A stretch of 64,000 nucleotides of DNA, taken from Phycisphaerae bacterium (GTDB lineage: Bacteria; Planctomycetota; Phycisphaerae; UBA1845). The notes under the pieces are model-generated. The model did no database searches. It was not told the origin of the DNA and was given only the letters and a program-made list of their open reading frames with translations. The DNA lies in the NCBI GenBank assembly GCA_963666835.2, contig CAXXGO010000006.1:2432001-2496000 (forward strand). The letters run 5' to 3'. The position numbers were made by a program, and so were the translations under genes. Shown here piece after piece: positions 1 to 10,802 of the stretch (position 1 is its first letter; each line of letters starts with the position of its first letter).

Positions 1-1
1 T

Positions 2-262
2 GGTGCCCACGAAGATCTTACCGCCGGCGACAACGGGCACCCCGTACGTCGTTGTTCCCAACGCGGTTGTCCATTTCACGTTCTTGCCGCTCTCAATGTC
101 CCACGTGACCGGCAGGCCGGTCTCGTCGGAGACCATGTTCCGGTCGGGGGCGCCGCCCCACATTGGCCACTCTCCGCGTTTGGGCTTGCCCGGCGTATCC
201 GCCCAACACGGTAGGGTTGCACTCAGCAGAACGACCGTCAGTGCCATCAGACATCGAGTCAT
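2..262 (-). CDS. PQQ-like/BamB-like beta-propeller protein, N-terminal part (runs off the left edge; not in ORF track)
   Basis: Manual translation from ATG 262 with GAGGA RBS: MTRCLMALTVVLLSATLPCWA (signal peptide)...EWPMWGGAPDRNMVSDETGLPVTWDIESGKNVKWTTALGTTTYGVPVVAGGKIFVGT, a typical propeller N-terminus. Confidence 0.85.
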   Translation of the reverse strand, partial: MTRCLMALTVVLLSATLPCWADTPGKPKRGEWPMWGGAPDRNMVSDETGLPVTWDIESGKNVKWTTALGTTTYGVPVVAGGKIFVGT

Positions 263-547
263 CAGTTCCTCGCTTTCGTACCCGTCAACAGCCGCTCGCG
301 GGTTCCTTTTGTCACCCCGTAATCCTCCTGCCGCCCGTTTCGCGCTCAGGCGGCAAGATTCTGCGCAAGCTCATTGTATTCTAGGGCAGGATCCGTCTGC
401 TGCGAGAGCGGCAGCGGCGTTTCACGGCGGGTCTGACATCTTCTGATAACTTCGTGAACGCCAGTTGCCCGGTTGTGCTCGGCACGTGGTCCCTTACCAT
501 GATCCGCCGGATGCGTCGTCCCCAGTCGGCTTGAGGATTGAGTGCCT

Positions 548-1231
548 ATGGCAGTCGGCTTACGTGCTGAGGCAGTTGAGAAGAGTTTTCCCGCTCGTAG
601 CGGAGATCTCGCGGTTCTGCGCGGAGCGTCCCTGTCGCTGGCGACCGGGGAGTCTGCGGCAATCATGGGTCCGTCCGGCTCGGGTAAGAGTACCCTGTTG
701 AACATCTTGGGTACGCTGGAAGTACCGACCGCCGGACGGGTCACTATTGACGATCGTGATCCGTTCCGCCTCGATGCACGTGAGCTGGCGCGGTTTCGCA
801 ACGAGCGGATCGGGTTCGTTTTCCAGGATCAACACCTCCTCGCGCAGTGCTGTGTGCTGGAGAACGTTCTTCTGCCGACTCTTGCGGTACCGGGTCGACC
901 CGACGCGTCGGATCGCGCGACCGCACTTCTCCAGCGCGTCGGTTTGGCGGATCGCCTGGACCATCTGCCGGCTGAACTCTCGGGGGGGGAGCGCCAGCGG
1001 GTCGCGATTGCTCGAGCTCTGATAAACCGGCCGGTGGTTCTTCTGGCCGATGAACCAACCGGGAACCTCGACCGGCGAACGGCCGAGAGCATCGCCGCGC
1101 TCCTCTGCGAGATCCACCGTGATGAAGGAGCCACGCTGGTAGTCGTAACCCACAGCCCCGAGTTAGCCGGCCGGTTTAGCCGCAGGTTTGAAGTTGTTGA
1201 CGGGACTCTCGTCGAACGTCAGGGGGCGTAA
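548..1231 (+). CDS. ABC transporter ATP-binding protein, LolD/MacB-like
   Basis: Walker A GPSGSGKS, signature LSGGERQR, Walker B LLADEPTGNLD, H-loop VVTH. Confidence 0.95.
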   Translation: MAVGLRAEAVEKSFPARSGDLAVLRGASLSLATGESAAIMGPSGSGKSTLLNILGTLEVPTAGRVTIDDRDPFRLDARELARFRNERIGFVFQDQHLLAQCCVLENVLLPTLAVPGRPDASDRATALLQRVGLADRLDHLPAELSGGERQRVAIARALINRPVVLLADEPTGNLDRRTAESIAALLCEIHRDEGATLVVVTHSPELAGRFSRRFEVVDGTLVERQGA

Positions 1232-1232
1232 G

Positions 1233-4200
1233 GTGCGGCTGACGACCTACATTCGTCGCAGCCTGGGCTACTACTGGCGGTCGCACCTTGCCGTTGCCCT
1301 CGGGGTGCTCACGGCCACGGGGACGTTGACCGGGGCGTTGCTCGTGGGTGATTCCATGCGGGCAAGCTTACGCGCTGAAGCGCTTGCTGGTCTGGGCAAG
1401 GTCGATTACGCGGTCACCGCTACCACGTTCTTCAACCAGCGCATGGTCCAGGGGCTCGTCGATGAGGCTGCGTCCGGAGTGGAGGTCATCCAGGCCTGTC
1501 CGGCCATTCGCGTGCGTGGCGGAATCTCTCACGCGCAGACTGGTGCCCGCGTGAACCGAGTTGGAATCCTCGGCGTAACCGACGATATCTGGGAGTTGGT
1601 TGCCTCGAACAACGGCGATCCGCCGGTCTTGGCTCAGGGAAGGGCGGTTCTGTTGAGTCGGCGTCTTGCCGAGCAACTGGGGGCGCGAGTCGGCGGTGAT
1701 GTACTGCTGCGGCTCGGTACGGTGAGCCCGATTTCGACCGAGACACTGCTTGGTCGCCGAGATGACACATCCCTGACACTTCGTGTGACGGTTCAGGGTA
1801 TTGTCTCTGAGGCGCAAGGCGGCGATTTCACGCTGGAGCCGAGACGCACGGCGCCCTACAACGCCTGGGTACCTCTTTCGGTTCTTCAGCGAGCGCTGGA
1901 CCGCCCCGATCGAGTGAACACCGTCTTGGTGAAGACTCGCACCCAGCTCAGTCCGACGGACGTCGTTGCGGAACTGCAGAACCGGCTCAGGAAGCACCTG
2001 CAGTTAAGTGATCTGGGGTTGTCACTACGAGACGACCAGGATCGCGGCTACCTTGCCTTTGAGAGCGAGGCTGTCTTGCTCGATCCGGCCGTCGAACGCG
2101 CGGCCCTGGCTACCGCCGAGGCGGTGGGGGTCACGGCCGCACCGGTGCTCACTTACTTGGCTAACAGCATTGCTGCGGTTCCCGCGGACGTGGCCTCTGC
2201 CGGCGATGGCGATTTCGGGCGACCGGGGAAGCCGGTGCTAACCGGGGCGCGTTCGATTCCATACTCGACGGTGGCGGCGTTGGATCCGACGGCGATCGGG
2301 CTATCCGGGCTAACGCTGGTTGACGGATCTCCGGCAGCGCGATTAGAGGCGGGGGACATCCTGCTGAACGAGTGGGCGGCCGGTGATCTTGGTGTGGAAG
2401 TCGGTGACCGAATTGCTCTCGATTATTACGTGAATGAACCTATGGGGCGGTTGGAATCGCGCCGTAGCGTCTTCAGGCTTCGCGGGGTCGTTCGCATGGA
2501 CCGGCTTGCGGCGGATGCGGGATTCGCGCCGTCGTATCCGGGGATTACCGACACGGCCAATCTCGGAGAGTGGGATCCGCCGTTTCCGATAGACCTTGAG
2601 CGCGTACGCGACCGGGACGAGGATTACTGGGACAAGTACAACGCGGCTCCGAAGGCGTTCATCTGTCTGAGCGATGGGCGTACGCTGTGGGCCGAAGGGA
2701 GAGAACGACTCGGTCGCGCAACGTCGATCAGGTTCGCTATTCCCCGTGCCCGAGGTTCGAGCGAGTATGCCGAGGCATTGCAGAGTGAGCTGTGCCGACG
2801 TCTTGATCCCGCTGAATTGGGTGTCACGGTTGATGCGGTAAGAGACCGGGCGCTGAAGGCCGGCGCCGGATCGACCGATTTCGGAGTGTTGTTCCTCTCG
2901 TTCAGCTTCTTCTTGATAGCGTCCGCGGCGATGTTGGTGGCTCTGTTGTTCGGCCTGGGCGCCGAACGCCGCGCCCCTGACTCCGGATTGCTGCTGGCGA
3001 CGGGATTCTCCCCACAAACGGTGGGGCGGCTGCTCGTGGCCGAGGGTGCCGTTGTTGCCGCGTTTGGGGCGGTGCTCGGGTTGGGGGCGGCGGTGGGGTA
3101 CGCGTGGCTGATGTTGGCCGGGCTGAAGTCCTGGTGGGCCGGGGCGGTCAACGCCCCATTCCTGCAACTCCACGTTTCGATTCCATCGTTGGCGATCGGT
3201 CTGGTGGCCGGCGTTATCATCGCGGTGTTCTCGATTGCGTGGTCCGTGCGCCGGTTGGTCCGACGGACTCCGTATGCTCTTCTGATGAGGGCGACCGCAT
3301 CGGATCAGCCTGTCGTTCACCGCGGGCAATCGCGTACCACCGCAGTGATCGGCGTGGTAATCTCGGTTGCGGCGGTCGGTTTGATCGGGCTGGCCGCTAC
3401 GACGGAGGTGGTATCGCCGGTTGCCGGTTTCTTCGGCGGGGGAGCTGCTCTGGTGGCTTCCGCGTTGTGCTTCTTCCGGGTCTGGCTCAGCCGGGGTTCT
3501 CGAACGCTGTTCGTACGGCCGGGATATGGCGCGGTCTTGTGGCTTGGGGTCAGGAATGCTCCACGCAATCCGGGGCGGAGTGTTCTGGTTTCCGGGCTGA
3601 TCGCCTCGGCGTCGTTTGTGATTGCTGCCATCGGGGCGATGCATGTGGAACCCGATACAGATGCGACGAGCCGGTATTCATCCACCGGTGGGTTTGCGTT
3701 GGTGGCCGAGTCCGCCATTCCGTTGCCTCAAGATCTCAATACACCGGAGGGACGCGAGGACCTGGGTCTTACCGGGGCGGACGAGATTATCTCACGTGGT
3801 GTCAGGTTCATGCCATTTCGATTGCGTCCGGGAGACGAAGCCGGGTGCCGTGGGCTCTACCGACCGACCGACCCGCGGATCATCGGGGCGACAAATGAGA
3901 TGATCACGCGCGGCGGGTTCAGCTTTGTTGCTTCGCTTGCTCGGACCGATGAAGAGAAACGCAATCCCTGGACCCTGCTGAACCGCAGCTTCGCCGACGG
4001 TGCCGTCCCGGTGATCGGCGAGGAGAACGCCGTCAAATGGCAACTTCACCTGGGGCTTGGCGAGGATCTCGTTATCACCAACGATGCGGGCGAGGATACG
4101 CGTTTGCGGTTTGTGGCGTTGCTGGCGCGCAGCCCTCTCCAGGATGAGCTGATCATCTCGGAGACAGCTTTTGTCCGAGAGTTTCCTTCGATCAACGGTT

Positions 4201-4718
4201 ACGGGTTCGTTCTTGTAGAAGCGCCGGATTCCACCGCTCCCCAACTGGCGCGCGTATTGGAAGAGGAGCTTGGGGCGTTCGCGCTGGATGTCACGACGAC
4301 GAGTCAGAGGCTGCAGGATTACTCTACCGTGCAGAACACCTACCTGCGGACGTTCCAGACGCTCGGCGGGTTCGGATTGGCGCTCGGGACGGTGGGGCTG
4401 GCCGTGGTGCTGTTGCGCAACCTTGTGGAACGCCGGGGCGAATTGGCCTTGATGACCGCATTGGGTTTCTCCCGCTCGGCGGTGCGACGAATGGTGCTGG
4501 CCGAGAACACGGTGCTGGTCGTGGCGGGTCTGCTGATGGGTGTATTGCCCGCAATGGTCGCGATATCGCCTCAGTTGATGGGACGCTCTGAGCACGTGCC
4601 GTGGCTATCCCTGGCAATCACGTTTCTCGCCGTATTCGCAACCGGAATCGGAGCGGGCTGGTTGGCGTGCGGCTGGGCGTTGCGCGGTCCGCTTCTGCCC
4701 GCCCTACGTAGCGAGTGA
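1233..4718 (+). CDS. Large FtsX/MacB-family ABC permease with two TM modules and large periplasmic domains
   Basis: GTG start 1 nt after the ATPase stop; repeated FtsX-like segments (ERRAPDSGLLLATGFS and ERRGELALMTALGFS) with flanking hydrophobic helices. Confidence 0.9.
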   Translation: MRLTTYIRRSLGYYWRSHLAVALGVLTATGTLTGALLVGDSMRASLRAEALAGLGKVDYAVTATTFFNQRMVQGLVDEAASGVEVIQACPAIRVRGGISHAQTGARVNRVGILGVTDDIWELVASNNGDPPVLAQGRAVLLSRRLAEQLGARVGGDVLLRLGTVSPISTETLLGRRDDTSLTLRVTVQGIVSEAQGGDFTLEPRRTAPYNAWVPLSVLQRALDRPDRVNTVLVKTRTQLSPTDVVAELQNRLRKHLQLSDLGLSLRDDQDRGYLAFESEAVLLDPAVERAALATAEAVGVTAAPVLTYLANSIAAVPADVASAGDGDFGRPGKPVLTGARSIPYSTVAALDPTAIGLSGLTLVDGSPAARLEAGDILLNEWAAGDLGVEVGDRIALDYYVNEPMGRLESRRSVFRLRGVVRMDRLAADAGFAPSYPGITDTANLGEWDPPFPIDLERVRDRDEDYWDKYNAAPKAFICLSDGRTLWAEGRERLGRATSIRFAIPRARGSSEYAEALQSELCRRLDPAELGVTVDAVRDRALKAGAGSTDFGVLFLSFSFFLIASAAMLVALLFGLGAERRAPDSGLLLATGFSPQTVGRLLVAEGAVVAAFGAVLGLGAAVGYAWLMLAGLKSWWAGAVNAPFLQLHVSIPSLAIGLVAGVIIAVFSIAWSVRRLVRRTPYALLMRATASDQPVVHRGQSRTTAVIGVVISVAAVGLIGLAATTEVVSPVAGFFGGGAALVASALCFFRVWLSRGSRTLFVRPGYGAVLWLGVRNAPRNPGRSVLVSGLIASASFVIAAIGAMHVEPDTDATSRYSSTGGFALVAESAIPLPQDLNTPEGREDLGLTGADEIISRGVRFMPFRLRPGDEAGCRGLYRPTDPRIIGATNEMITRGGFSFVASLARTDEEKRNPWTLLNRSFADGAVPVIGEENAVKWQLHLGLGEDLVITNDAGEDTRLRFVALLARSPLQDELIISETAFVREFPSINGYGFVLVEAPDSTAPQLARVLEEELGAFALDVTTTSQRLQDYSTVQNTYLRTFQTLGGFGLALGTVGLAVVLLRNLVERRGELALMTALGFSRSAVRRMVLAENTVLVVAGLLMGVLPAMVAISPQLMGRSEHVPWLSLAITFLAVFATGIGAGWLACGWALRGPLLPALRSE

Positions 4719-4939
4719 CGCGCTGAAGGTCTGGTCGATGCGTGTCGAACCGGCACGCCGGCCAATCCGGCCTTCCGGCTACGCTGCCACGTGTTGCGAT
4801 GTCTTTCCATGTAAATGTTTGTCCTCATTGTCATGGCGTCTGGCAAAGGCTTGCCGGACTGTGCATACTGACAAACCTGGCGATCGACGACGGGGTCCCA
4901 GGCTGGCTTTAGGCAACCGTCGATATAAGGAAACGACAG

Positions 4940-5962
4940 ATGGCCAATCAGGGGATTACCGGATGGGCGACGGTACTGACGGGCACGCTGCTTCTGGCCT
5001 TCACGGCGGAGACGGTTGGCGGCGAGAAGGTGTTGCTGAAACGCAAATATGTGGATGGCCGCAGGGTCTACATCGAGCGTAAGCTCGATACCCATCGTGC
5101 GATCACCGGTCTTCCCATCGGAGACGTTGACCAACTGGCCACGGAACTGACCGGGGTCTGGTCGGAAACGTCTTCACTGGATGACGGGGGTGTCCGACTC
5201 GAGCTTGTCTTTGATCGAATGGCGAGAAGTCTGCGCGACGTCGATGACGGGGGCCTCGAATACGACACGGACGATCCAGAGAACGACGAGGCGGCGCCGC
5301 AGTTCAAGGCCATTCTTGAGCCGATGATCGGTATGCCGGTGAGCATGGAGATCGACAAGGACGGCAAAGTCACCGCGTTCACGGGGTTGGACGCGATCAA
5401 CGAAAAAGTATCGCAGACGGCCACCGTAAGCATGCACTGGCAACAGATGCAGCGCGATTTCACGGATGAGCGGGGCCGCAAGACGTGGGGCGAAGACCCC
5501 TTGCTGATCTACCCGGATAAGGAGGTCGAAGTCGGCGACGTCTGGGAGGCGTCAGCATCGTCCGATTCTCCGGATCTTGGTACGATCGCGCGGGAGCATC
5601 GCTTCAAGGCCGAGAAGATCGGCGTTACGAATGGACGGAAGATGCTCCACATTTCGTCAAGCACGAAGGTCTCGCGAGTTGACAGCCCCGAGGATGGTGA
5701 CGGACAGAAGCCGATTGTCGAGGGCACCTTCACCGGGAAAGCCGTCTTTGACGTGGAGCTGGGGATGGTTGTCAAGCGGACCAGCACCGGCAAGCTGAGG
5801 GTCGAGCGGCCGTTCCCGTTCGGCTCCACGGTCATGAAGGCGGCGCTCGAGATGACCAGTTCCGTCTCCGTTCTGAAAGAGGCTGATCGCCGCCGGCAAC
5901 AGCTCGAAGCCCGCAAGAAGACGGAGCAGAGACGCCGCGAGCTTGAAGAGGACGATGGCTGA
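4940..5962 (+). CDS. Exported hypothetical protein, possibly DUF6263-like
   Basis: AAGGAA RBS, signal peptide, motifs LEYDTDDP / YPDKEVEVGDVW / VFDVELG; family assignment is from recall only. Confidence 0.7.
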   Translation: MANQGITGWATVLTGTLLLAFTAETVGGEKVLLKRKYVDGRRVYIERKLDTHRAITGLPIGDVDQLATELTGVWSETSSLDDGGVRLELVFDRMARSLRDVDDGGLEYDTDDPENDEAAPQFKAILEPMIGMPVSMEIDKDGKVTAFTGLDAINEKVSQTATVSMHWQQMQRDFTDERGRKTWGEDPLLIYPDKEVEVGDVWEASASSDSPDLGTIAREHRFKAEKIGVTNGRKMLHISSSTKVSRVDSPEDGDGQKPIVEGTFTGKAVFDVELGMVVKRTSTGKLRVERPFPFGSTVMKAALEMTSSVSVLKEADRRRQQLEARKKTEQRRRELEEDDG

Positions 5963-6057
5963 TTGAGCGAGAGTGACCCGCCGGCGGACCGGATGCACCG
6001 GCGCATGTCCCCGGCGGCGGCTCCGATGGTTTCACGAGACGATGTTCCCCCGAAGGG

Positions 6058-7401
6058 ATGAATTCTGCAATGAAGAGACTTATTAACGGAAGGGCCGGGC
6101 GGATTGCGGTTGTCTGTGGGCTTGCCGCGTCGGGTTGGATCGTCGCGGCTTCGGCTTCGGCGGGCGAAGACTGGAAGAAGTGGGGCGGGCCGAACGCCGA
6201 TTTCACAGTCGATGTGAAGGGATTGGCGAAGAAGTGGCCGCAAGAAGGGGCCCCTAAACTGTGGGAACGGGAGCTGGGCGACGGCTACTCCTCGATTACC
6301 AGCGACGGCCGGACTCTGTATACGATGTATTGGGCACCGGACGAATCCGCCGCGGATGCGGAGGGAAAGGACGAAGAGGCCGCAAAGCGCGCAGGCAGCG
6401 AGGTCGTCGTTGCCCTCGATGCCGCGACAGGTAAGACGGTATGGGAATATCGCTATCCGGCCTCGTGGTCGGCCGACATGGACTTGCGGTTCGGCCCCGG
6501 TCCGAACTCGACGCCGCTGATCGTGGGCGATCGCCTTTTCACCGTTGGGGCGACGGCGAAAATGGCCTGCCTGGATCGCCAGACCGGACGGAAGATCTGG
6601 GAACACGATCTGGTCAAGGAGCTCGGCGCCGCAACGATGCACTATGGCTATGGTGCCAGCCATGTGTCATACAAGGACAAGGTTATCCTCCCAATTGGTG
6701 GTGAAGGGAGGGGTCTCGTGGCTTTCAGGATGAGCGACGGCGAGGTGGCCTGGAAGAGGCACGACTTCGCCCCTGCTTGGGCGACTCCGCTTCTGATCGA
6801 TCTTGACGGCGAGGACCAGTTGGTTGTGGTCCTGCAACACGGGGTGGCGGGGCTCAACCCCGATAACGGAGACCTGATCTGGCGCCACGACGGACACCAA
6901 GGCTCGTACATCAGCACTCCAATCTGGGGTGACGACAACATCCTTTTCGTCTCCGGAGCTTACGGGGTTGGTGCCCGGGGGATCAAGCTGACCAGAAGCG
7001 ACGGCAAGACGAACGCGGAGGAGCTGTGGTACAACCCGAAGATGAAGGTCATGCACGGCAGCGCCGTGCGGGTCGGGGATGTCGTGTACGGCTCCAGCGG
7101 AGATTTCGGCCCGACGTTCATCGGTGCTATCGACGTCAAGACCGGTGAGATGCTCTGGAGGAAGCGCGGCTTCTCGAAGGCCAACTGTATATGGACGGGC
7201 GAGAGACTGATCATCCTCGACGAAGACGGCAATCTCGCCCTGGCGAAGCCCACGCCGGATAAGCTCAAAGTCCGCTCCAAATGCGCCGTCTGTACGCGGA
7301 ACTCCTGGACTTCACCCACGTTGATCCGCGACCGGCTGTACCTCCGCGATCGCCGCAATATAATGGCCCTGGATTTGAGCGAGCCCAAAGACACGCCCTG
7401 A
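6058..7401 (+). CDS. PQQ-like beta-propeller repeat protein
   Basis: Signal peptide, DWKKWGGP, repeated ALDAATGKTVW-type blades, C-terminal LYLRD..IMALDL. Confidence 0.92.
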   Translation: MNSAMKRLINGRAGRIAVVCGLAASGWIVAASASAGEDWKKWGGPNADFTVDVKGLAKKWPQEGAPKLWERELGDGYSSITSDGRTLYTMYWAPDESAADAEGKDEEAAKRAGSEVVVALDAATGKTVWEYRYPASWSADMDLRFGPGPNSTPLIVGDRLFTVGATAKMACLDRQTGRKIWEHDLVKELGAATMHYGYGASHVSYKDKVILPIGGEGRGLVAFRMSDGEVAWKRHDFAPAWATPLLIDLDGEDQLVVVLQHGVAGLNPDNGDLIWRHDGHQGSYISTPIWGDDNILFVSGAYGVGARGIKLTRSDGKTNAEELWYNPKMKVMHGSAVRVGDVVYGSSGDFGPTFIGAIDVKTGEMLWRKRGFSKANCIWTGERLIILDEDGNLALAKPTPDKLKVRSKCAVCTRNSWTSPTLIRDRLYLRDRRNIMALDLSEPKDTP

Positions 7402-7529
7402 GTGTTACGGCGCGGCTCGTTACGTTCTGGTTATGACGTGTTATTGTCATGTAACGTGTGTTGTGGGGGTTGAACGGCCGGCGCGGGCTGCGGTGTCCTC
7501 GACGCTGGTACATTGCGGAGAACAAGATC

Positions 7530-7919
7530 ATGACGACGGATCGGCAAGAAGGCAACGCCGAAGGGGAGACGTTGATTTTTACTTGTGCGGGAGCGGCGCA
7601 CGCCGGCCAGGTGGCCAACCGTGCCGGGGTCCAACTCCGTCAGGAGCAGGCCGGGGCGCTCTTCTGTGTGGTCGCGGTAGCGGCGGACGTGCCGGACAAG
7701 GTCGAACGCACGCGCAAGGCTGCCCGCCGCGTAATAATCGATGGATGTGACGACCGTTGTTGCCGCAAGGTCATGGACAAGGCCGGCATGCCGGTCGATT
7801 TGGATGTGCTGGTCACGGATCTTGGAATCGAGAAACAGCCGGATCAGCCGAGCCTGATTAATGACTCCAAGAAGGTTGTGGAGCACGTGAAGGCTCGCCT
7901 GGGTGGTTCGGCGGCTTGA
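7530..7919 (+). CDS. DGC-domain putative zinc-binding protein
   Basis: FTCAGA..GQVAN, LFC and IDGCDDRCC motifs; GGAG RBS before ATG 7530. Confidence 0.85.
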   Translation: MTTDRQEGNAEGETLIFTCAGAAHAGQVANRAGVQLRQEQAGALFCVVAVAADVPDKVERTRKAARRVIIDGCDDRCCRKVMDKAGMPVDLDVLVTDLGIEKQPDQPSLINDSKKVVEHVKARLGGSAA

Positions 7920-8045
7920 CCGCGGTCAGCGCCGCTGGTCGTGCCCGGTTCGGCTTGGTCCCCTTGGCACGCTGCCTGACCGGCCGGTGGTAGGTTTGCG
8001 GAACTTGGTGATCCGCTCGGCCTTTGCATGTGGAGATTGGAAGCC

Positions 8046-9251
8046 ATGCCAGAAGCGAAACGAGATAACGCCTTGCTCGTTGTGTCTCTGATCGTGGGAT
8101 TGTGCTCGGGGGCGACGTTCGCGGATTGGCCCAACTTTCGCGGCGCTCGCCATGACGGCATAAGCCTGGAGAAGAACCTGAAAACCGCGTGGACCGCTGC
8201 GCCGTCGGCTGTGTGGGACAAGTCGGTCGGTTCCGCGTTCAGCTCCTTTGCATGCGTGGGTGACCGGGTTTTCACGTGTGGAACGGCAAAGGGACGCCAG
8301 GTTGCTCTTTGCCTCAATGCCGATACGGGAGAGACCATCTGGCAAGTGCCGATCGAGGAGGCGTATTCCGAGGACGCGGGAGGAGACGGGCCGCGAGCCA
8401 CGCCCACCATCGACCAAGACCGCGTTTACGTCCTCGGAGCTCTCGGAACGCTGCTTTGCCTCGGCAGCGACACCGGTGAGCAGGTCTGGAAGTCGCGTCT
8501 TACCAATCCGCCGCAATGGGGGTACAGCGGGTCGGTTCTGATTGAAGGCGATCTGGCGATCGCTACCGGAGGGCGCGGCGATGGAGCGTTGGTTGCCTTC
8601 GACAAGATGACCGGCAAGGTAGCCTGGCGCTGCGGCGACGACATTGCCGGGTATGCGACTCCGTACCCCTTCGTTTTCGGCGGGCAGAAGTACATCGTCG
8701 GTTTCACCGGTACGTCAGCGCTGATCGCGGAGGCGAAATCCGGTCGCGAGGTCTGGCGCATGCCCTGGAAGACCGATTGGGACGTCAACGCGGCCGCGCC
8801 GATCTTCTATGAAGGACACCTCTTCCTTTCATCCGGCTACGATACCGGGTGTGCGCTTTTCAAACTGAGCAAAGACGGAGAGCGCATCGCCGCGAAGGAG
8901 GTCTGGCGTAGCAAGGTGCTGATGAGCAAGTTCCAGTCGTGCATTCTGCATGACGGCAGACTCTACGCGAGCGATCAGAAGGCCCTGGTCTGCGTGGACT
9001 TCATGACCGGCAAGGAGAACTGGAGGATCCGGCGAATCAAACACGGTACCGTGGTCCTCGCCGACGGCCACCTGTTCGTACTTACTGAGAAGGGACGGCT
9101 TCAGATTGCCAAGGTCGATCCCGCCGGTTTCCAACCGACCGCCGACGTGCCGATTCTCGACGGACGTTGTTGGACCGTTCCTGTTCTTCATCGCGGAAAG
9201 CTGTATGCGCGCAACCTCGAGCGTGTGGTCTGCCTGGACCTGAGCCGGTGA
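8046..9251 (+). CDS. PQQ-like beta-propeller repeat protein
   Basis: Signal peptide, ADWPNFRG, GPRATP, repeated CLNADTGETIW-type blades. Confidence 0.92.
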   Translation: MPEAKRDNALLVVSLIVGLCSGATFADWPNFRGARHDGISLEKNLKTAWTAAPSAVWDKSVGSAFSSFACVGDRVFTCGTAKGRQVALCLNADTGETIWQVPIEEAYSEDAGGDGPRATPTIDQDRVYVLGALGTLLCLGSDTGEQVWKSRLTNPPQWGYSGSVLIEGDLAIATGGRGDGALVAFDKMTGKVAWRCGDDIAGYATPYPFVFGGQKYIVGFTGTSALIAEAKSGREVWRMPWKTDWDVNAAAPIFYEGHLFLSSGYDTGCALFKLSKDGERIAAKEVWRSKVLMSKFQSCILHDGRLYASDQKALVCVDFMTGKENWRIRRIKHGTVVLADGHLFVLTEKGRLQIAKVDPAGFQPTADVPILDGRCWTVPVLHRGKLYARNLERVVCLDLSR

Positions 9252-9446
9252 TCGCAGACGGGTTGGAAACCGCGCAGCGCCAAGCCCGGATGCTCCGGAC
9301 AAGTTCTGACATGCGTGCCGGTTGATAGTGCGGTTAGCGGTGCGAAATCGAGTATGGTGTCCGGCGAGGTTTCTGTGCGCGCGGGTCGGCACCGATTGCT
9401 GTACTGAACGAGAGAACGAAGGAGCTATTGGGAGGGAAGCACTTTG

Positions 9447-10802
9447 ATGTCAACGCGAAACGGCGTTCTTGCGGTAGTCGCTATTGTTGGTCTTGCCGCG
9501 CTTTCGCAGAGCCTGACTGCGGCGCCGCCGAACTGGCCGCAGTTCCGCGGTCCCGGCGCCTCTGGGATCGCCGATGGCACTGACGCTCCGGTGACCTGGA
9601 ACGCGGAGAAAGGGACCAACATCCGCTGGAAGACACCCATTCCCGGCCTGGCCCACTCGTCACCGATCGTTTGGGGTGATCGAGTGTTCGTTACCTCGGC
9701 CGTCAGCAGCGACCCGGACCCATACCTGCGTACGGGGCTCTATGGAGAGAGTCCGGAGCATCCGGAACAGCTTATTCACGATTTCCGGGTGTATTGTCTC
9801 GATAGATCAACGGGAAAGATCATCTGGGACAAAGTAGCCCACAGTGGCATTCCGCAGGTCAAACGACATGTCAAGTCCAGCCATGCCAACAGCACTCCAG
9901 CCACTGATGGCAAGCATGTGGTCGCGTTTTTCGGGTCGGAGGGGCTGTATTGCTACGATATGGACGGCAATCTGATCTGGAAGAAGGACCTCGGCTATCT
10001 GGACGCCGGGGCGTTCAATGCGCCTTCTATTCAGTGGGCTTTCGGCAGCTCGCCGATCGTCCATAACGGTCAGGTCATCGTGCAGTGCGATGTGAACAAC
10101 CAGTCGTTTATTGCCGCCTTTGACGTCAACACCGGCGCAGAGAAATGGCGCACGTTGCGCGATAGCTCCCCGAGCTGGGCAACGCCGACCGTTCACGAAA
10201 GCGCTGGGGGCAGCCAGGTTATCGTGAACGGCTATACCCACATGGGCGGCTACGATCTGAAGACCGGGGCGGAGCTGTGGCAACTTTCCGGCGGCGGCGA
10301 TATCCCCATACCTACGCCCTATGTTGCTCACGGGTTGGTCTACATCACCAACGCGCACGGGCCCGCCTCGCCGGTTCTCGCGATTCGCGTGGGAGCCCGC
10401 GGCGACATCTCGTTGAAGGCCGGCGAGAAGTCCAACGAGTTCGTGGCCTGGAGCCTGCCCAAGCGGGGGGCGTACCTGCCGACGACTATCGTGTACGGCG
10501 ACCTGCTATACGTAGGAAACGACCGCGGTATTCTGTCCTGCTATGATGCGCAGTCAGGCGAGAAGGTCTACCGGGAGCGCTTGGCCGGGGCGCGGAGCGC
10601 TTACTCCGCCTCTCCCGTAGGTGCCGGTGGAAAGCTGTATTTCACGAGCGAAGACGGGGATATCCATGTGGTCAAGGCCGGTCCCGAATACGACCTTCTC
10701 GCGTCGAACCCGATAGGCGAGCCGTGTCTGGCCACCCCCGCTATTGCCGACGGCATGATCTTTGTACGATCGGCTAAGCATCTGTACGGTATCGGCGGCT
10801 GA
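9447..10802 (+). CDS. PQQ-like beta-propeller repeat protein
   Basis: Signal peptide, NWPQFRGP, HSSPIVWGDRVF, ATPAIADGMIFVR. Confidence 0.92.
   Translation: MSTRNGVLAVVAIVGLAALSQSLTAAPPNWPQFRGPGASGIADGTDAPVTWNAEKGTNIRWKTPIPGLAHSSPIVWGDRVFVTSAVSSDPDPYLRTGLYGESPEHPEQLIHDFRVYCLDRSTGKIIWDKVAHSGIPQVKRHVKSSHANSTPATDGKHVVAFFGSEGLYCYDMDGNLIWKKDLGYLDAGAFNAPSIQWAFGSSPIVHNGQVIVQCDVNNQSFIAAFDVNTGAEKWRTLRDSSPSWATPTVHESAGGSQVIVNGYTHMGGYDLKTGAELWQLSGGGDIPIPTPYVAHGLVYITNAHGPASPVLAIRVGARGDISLKAGEKSNEFVAWSLPKRGAYLPTTIVYGDLLYVGNDRGILSCYDAQSGEKVYRERLAGARSAYSASPVGAGGKLYFTSEDGDIHVVKAGPEYDLLASNPIGEPCLATPAIADGMIFVRSAKHLYGIGG

Noticed and set aside
3..446. 147-aa plus-strand ORF
   Set aside because: Antisense to the propeller gene starting at 262
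7530..7919. Selenocysteine in the DGC protein
   Set aside because: No in-frame TGA at Cys positions; all motifs use Cys codons
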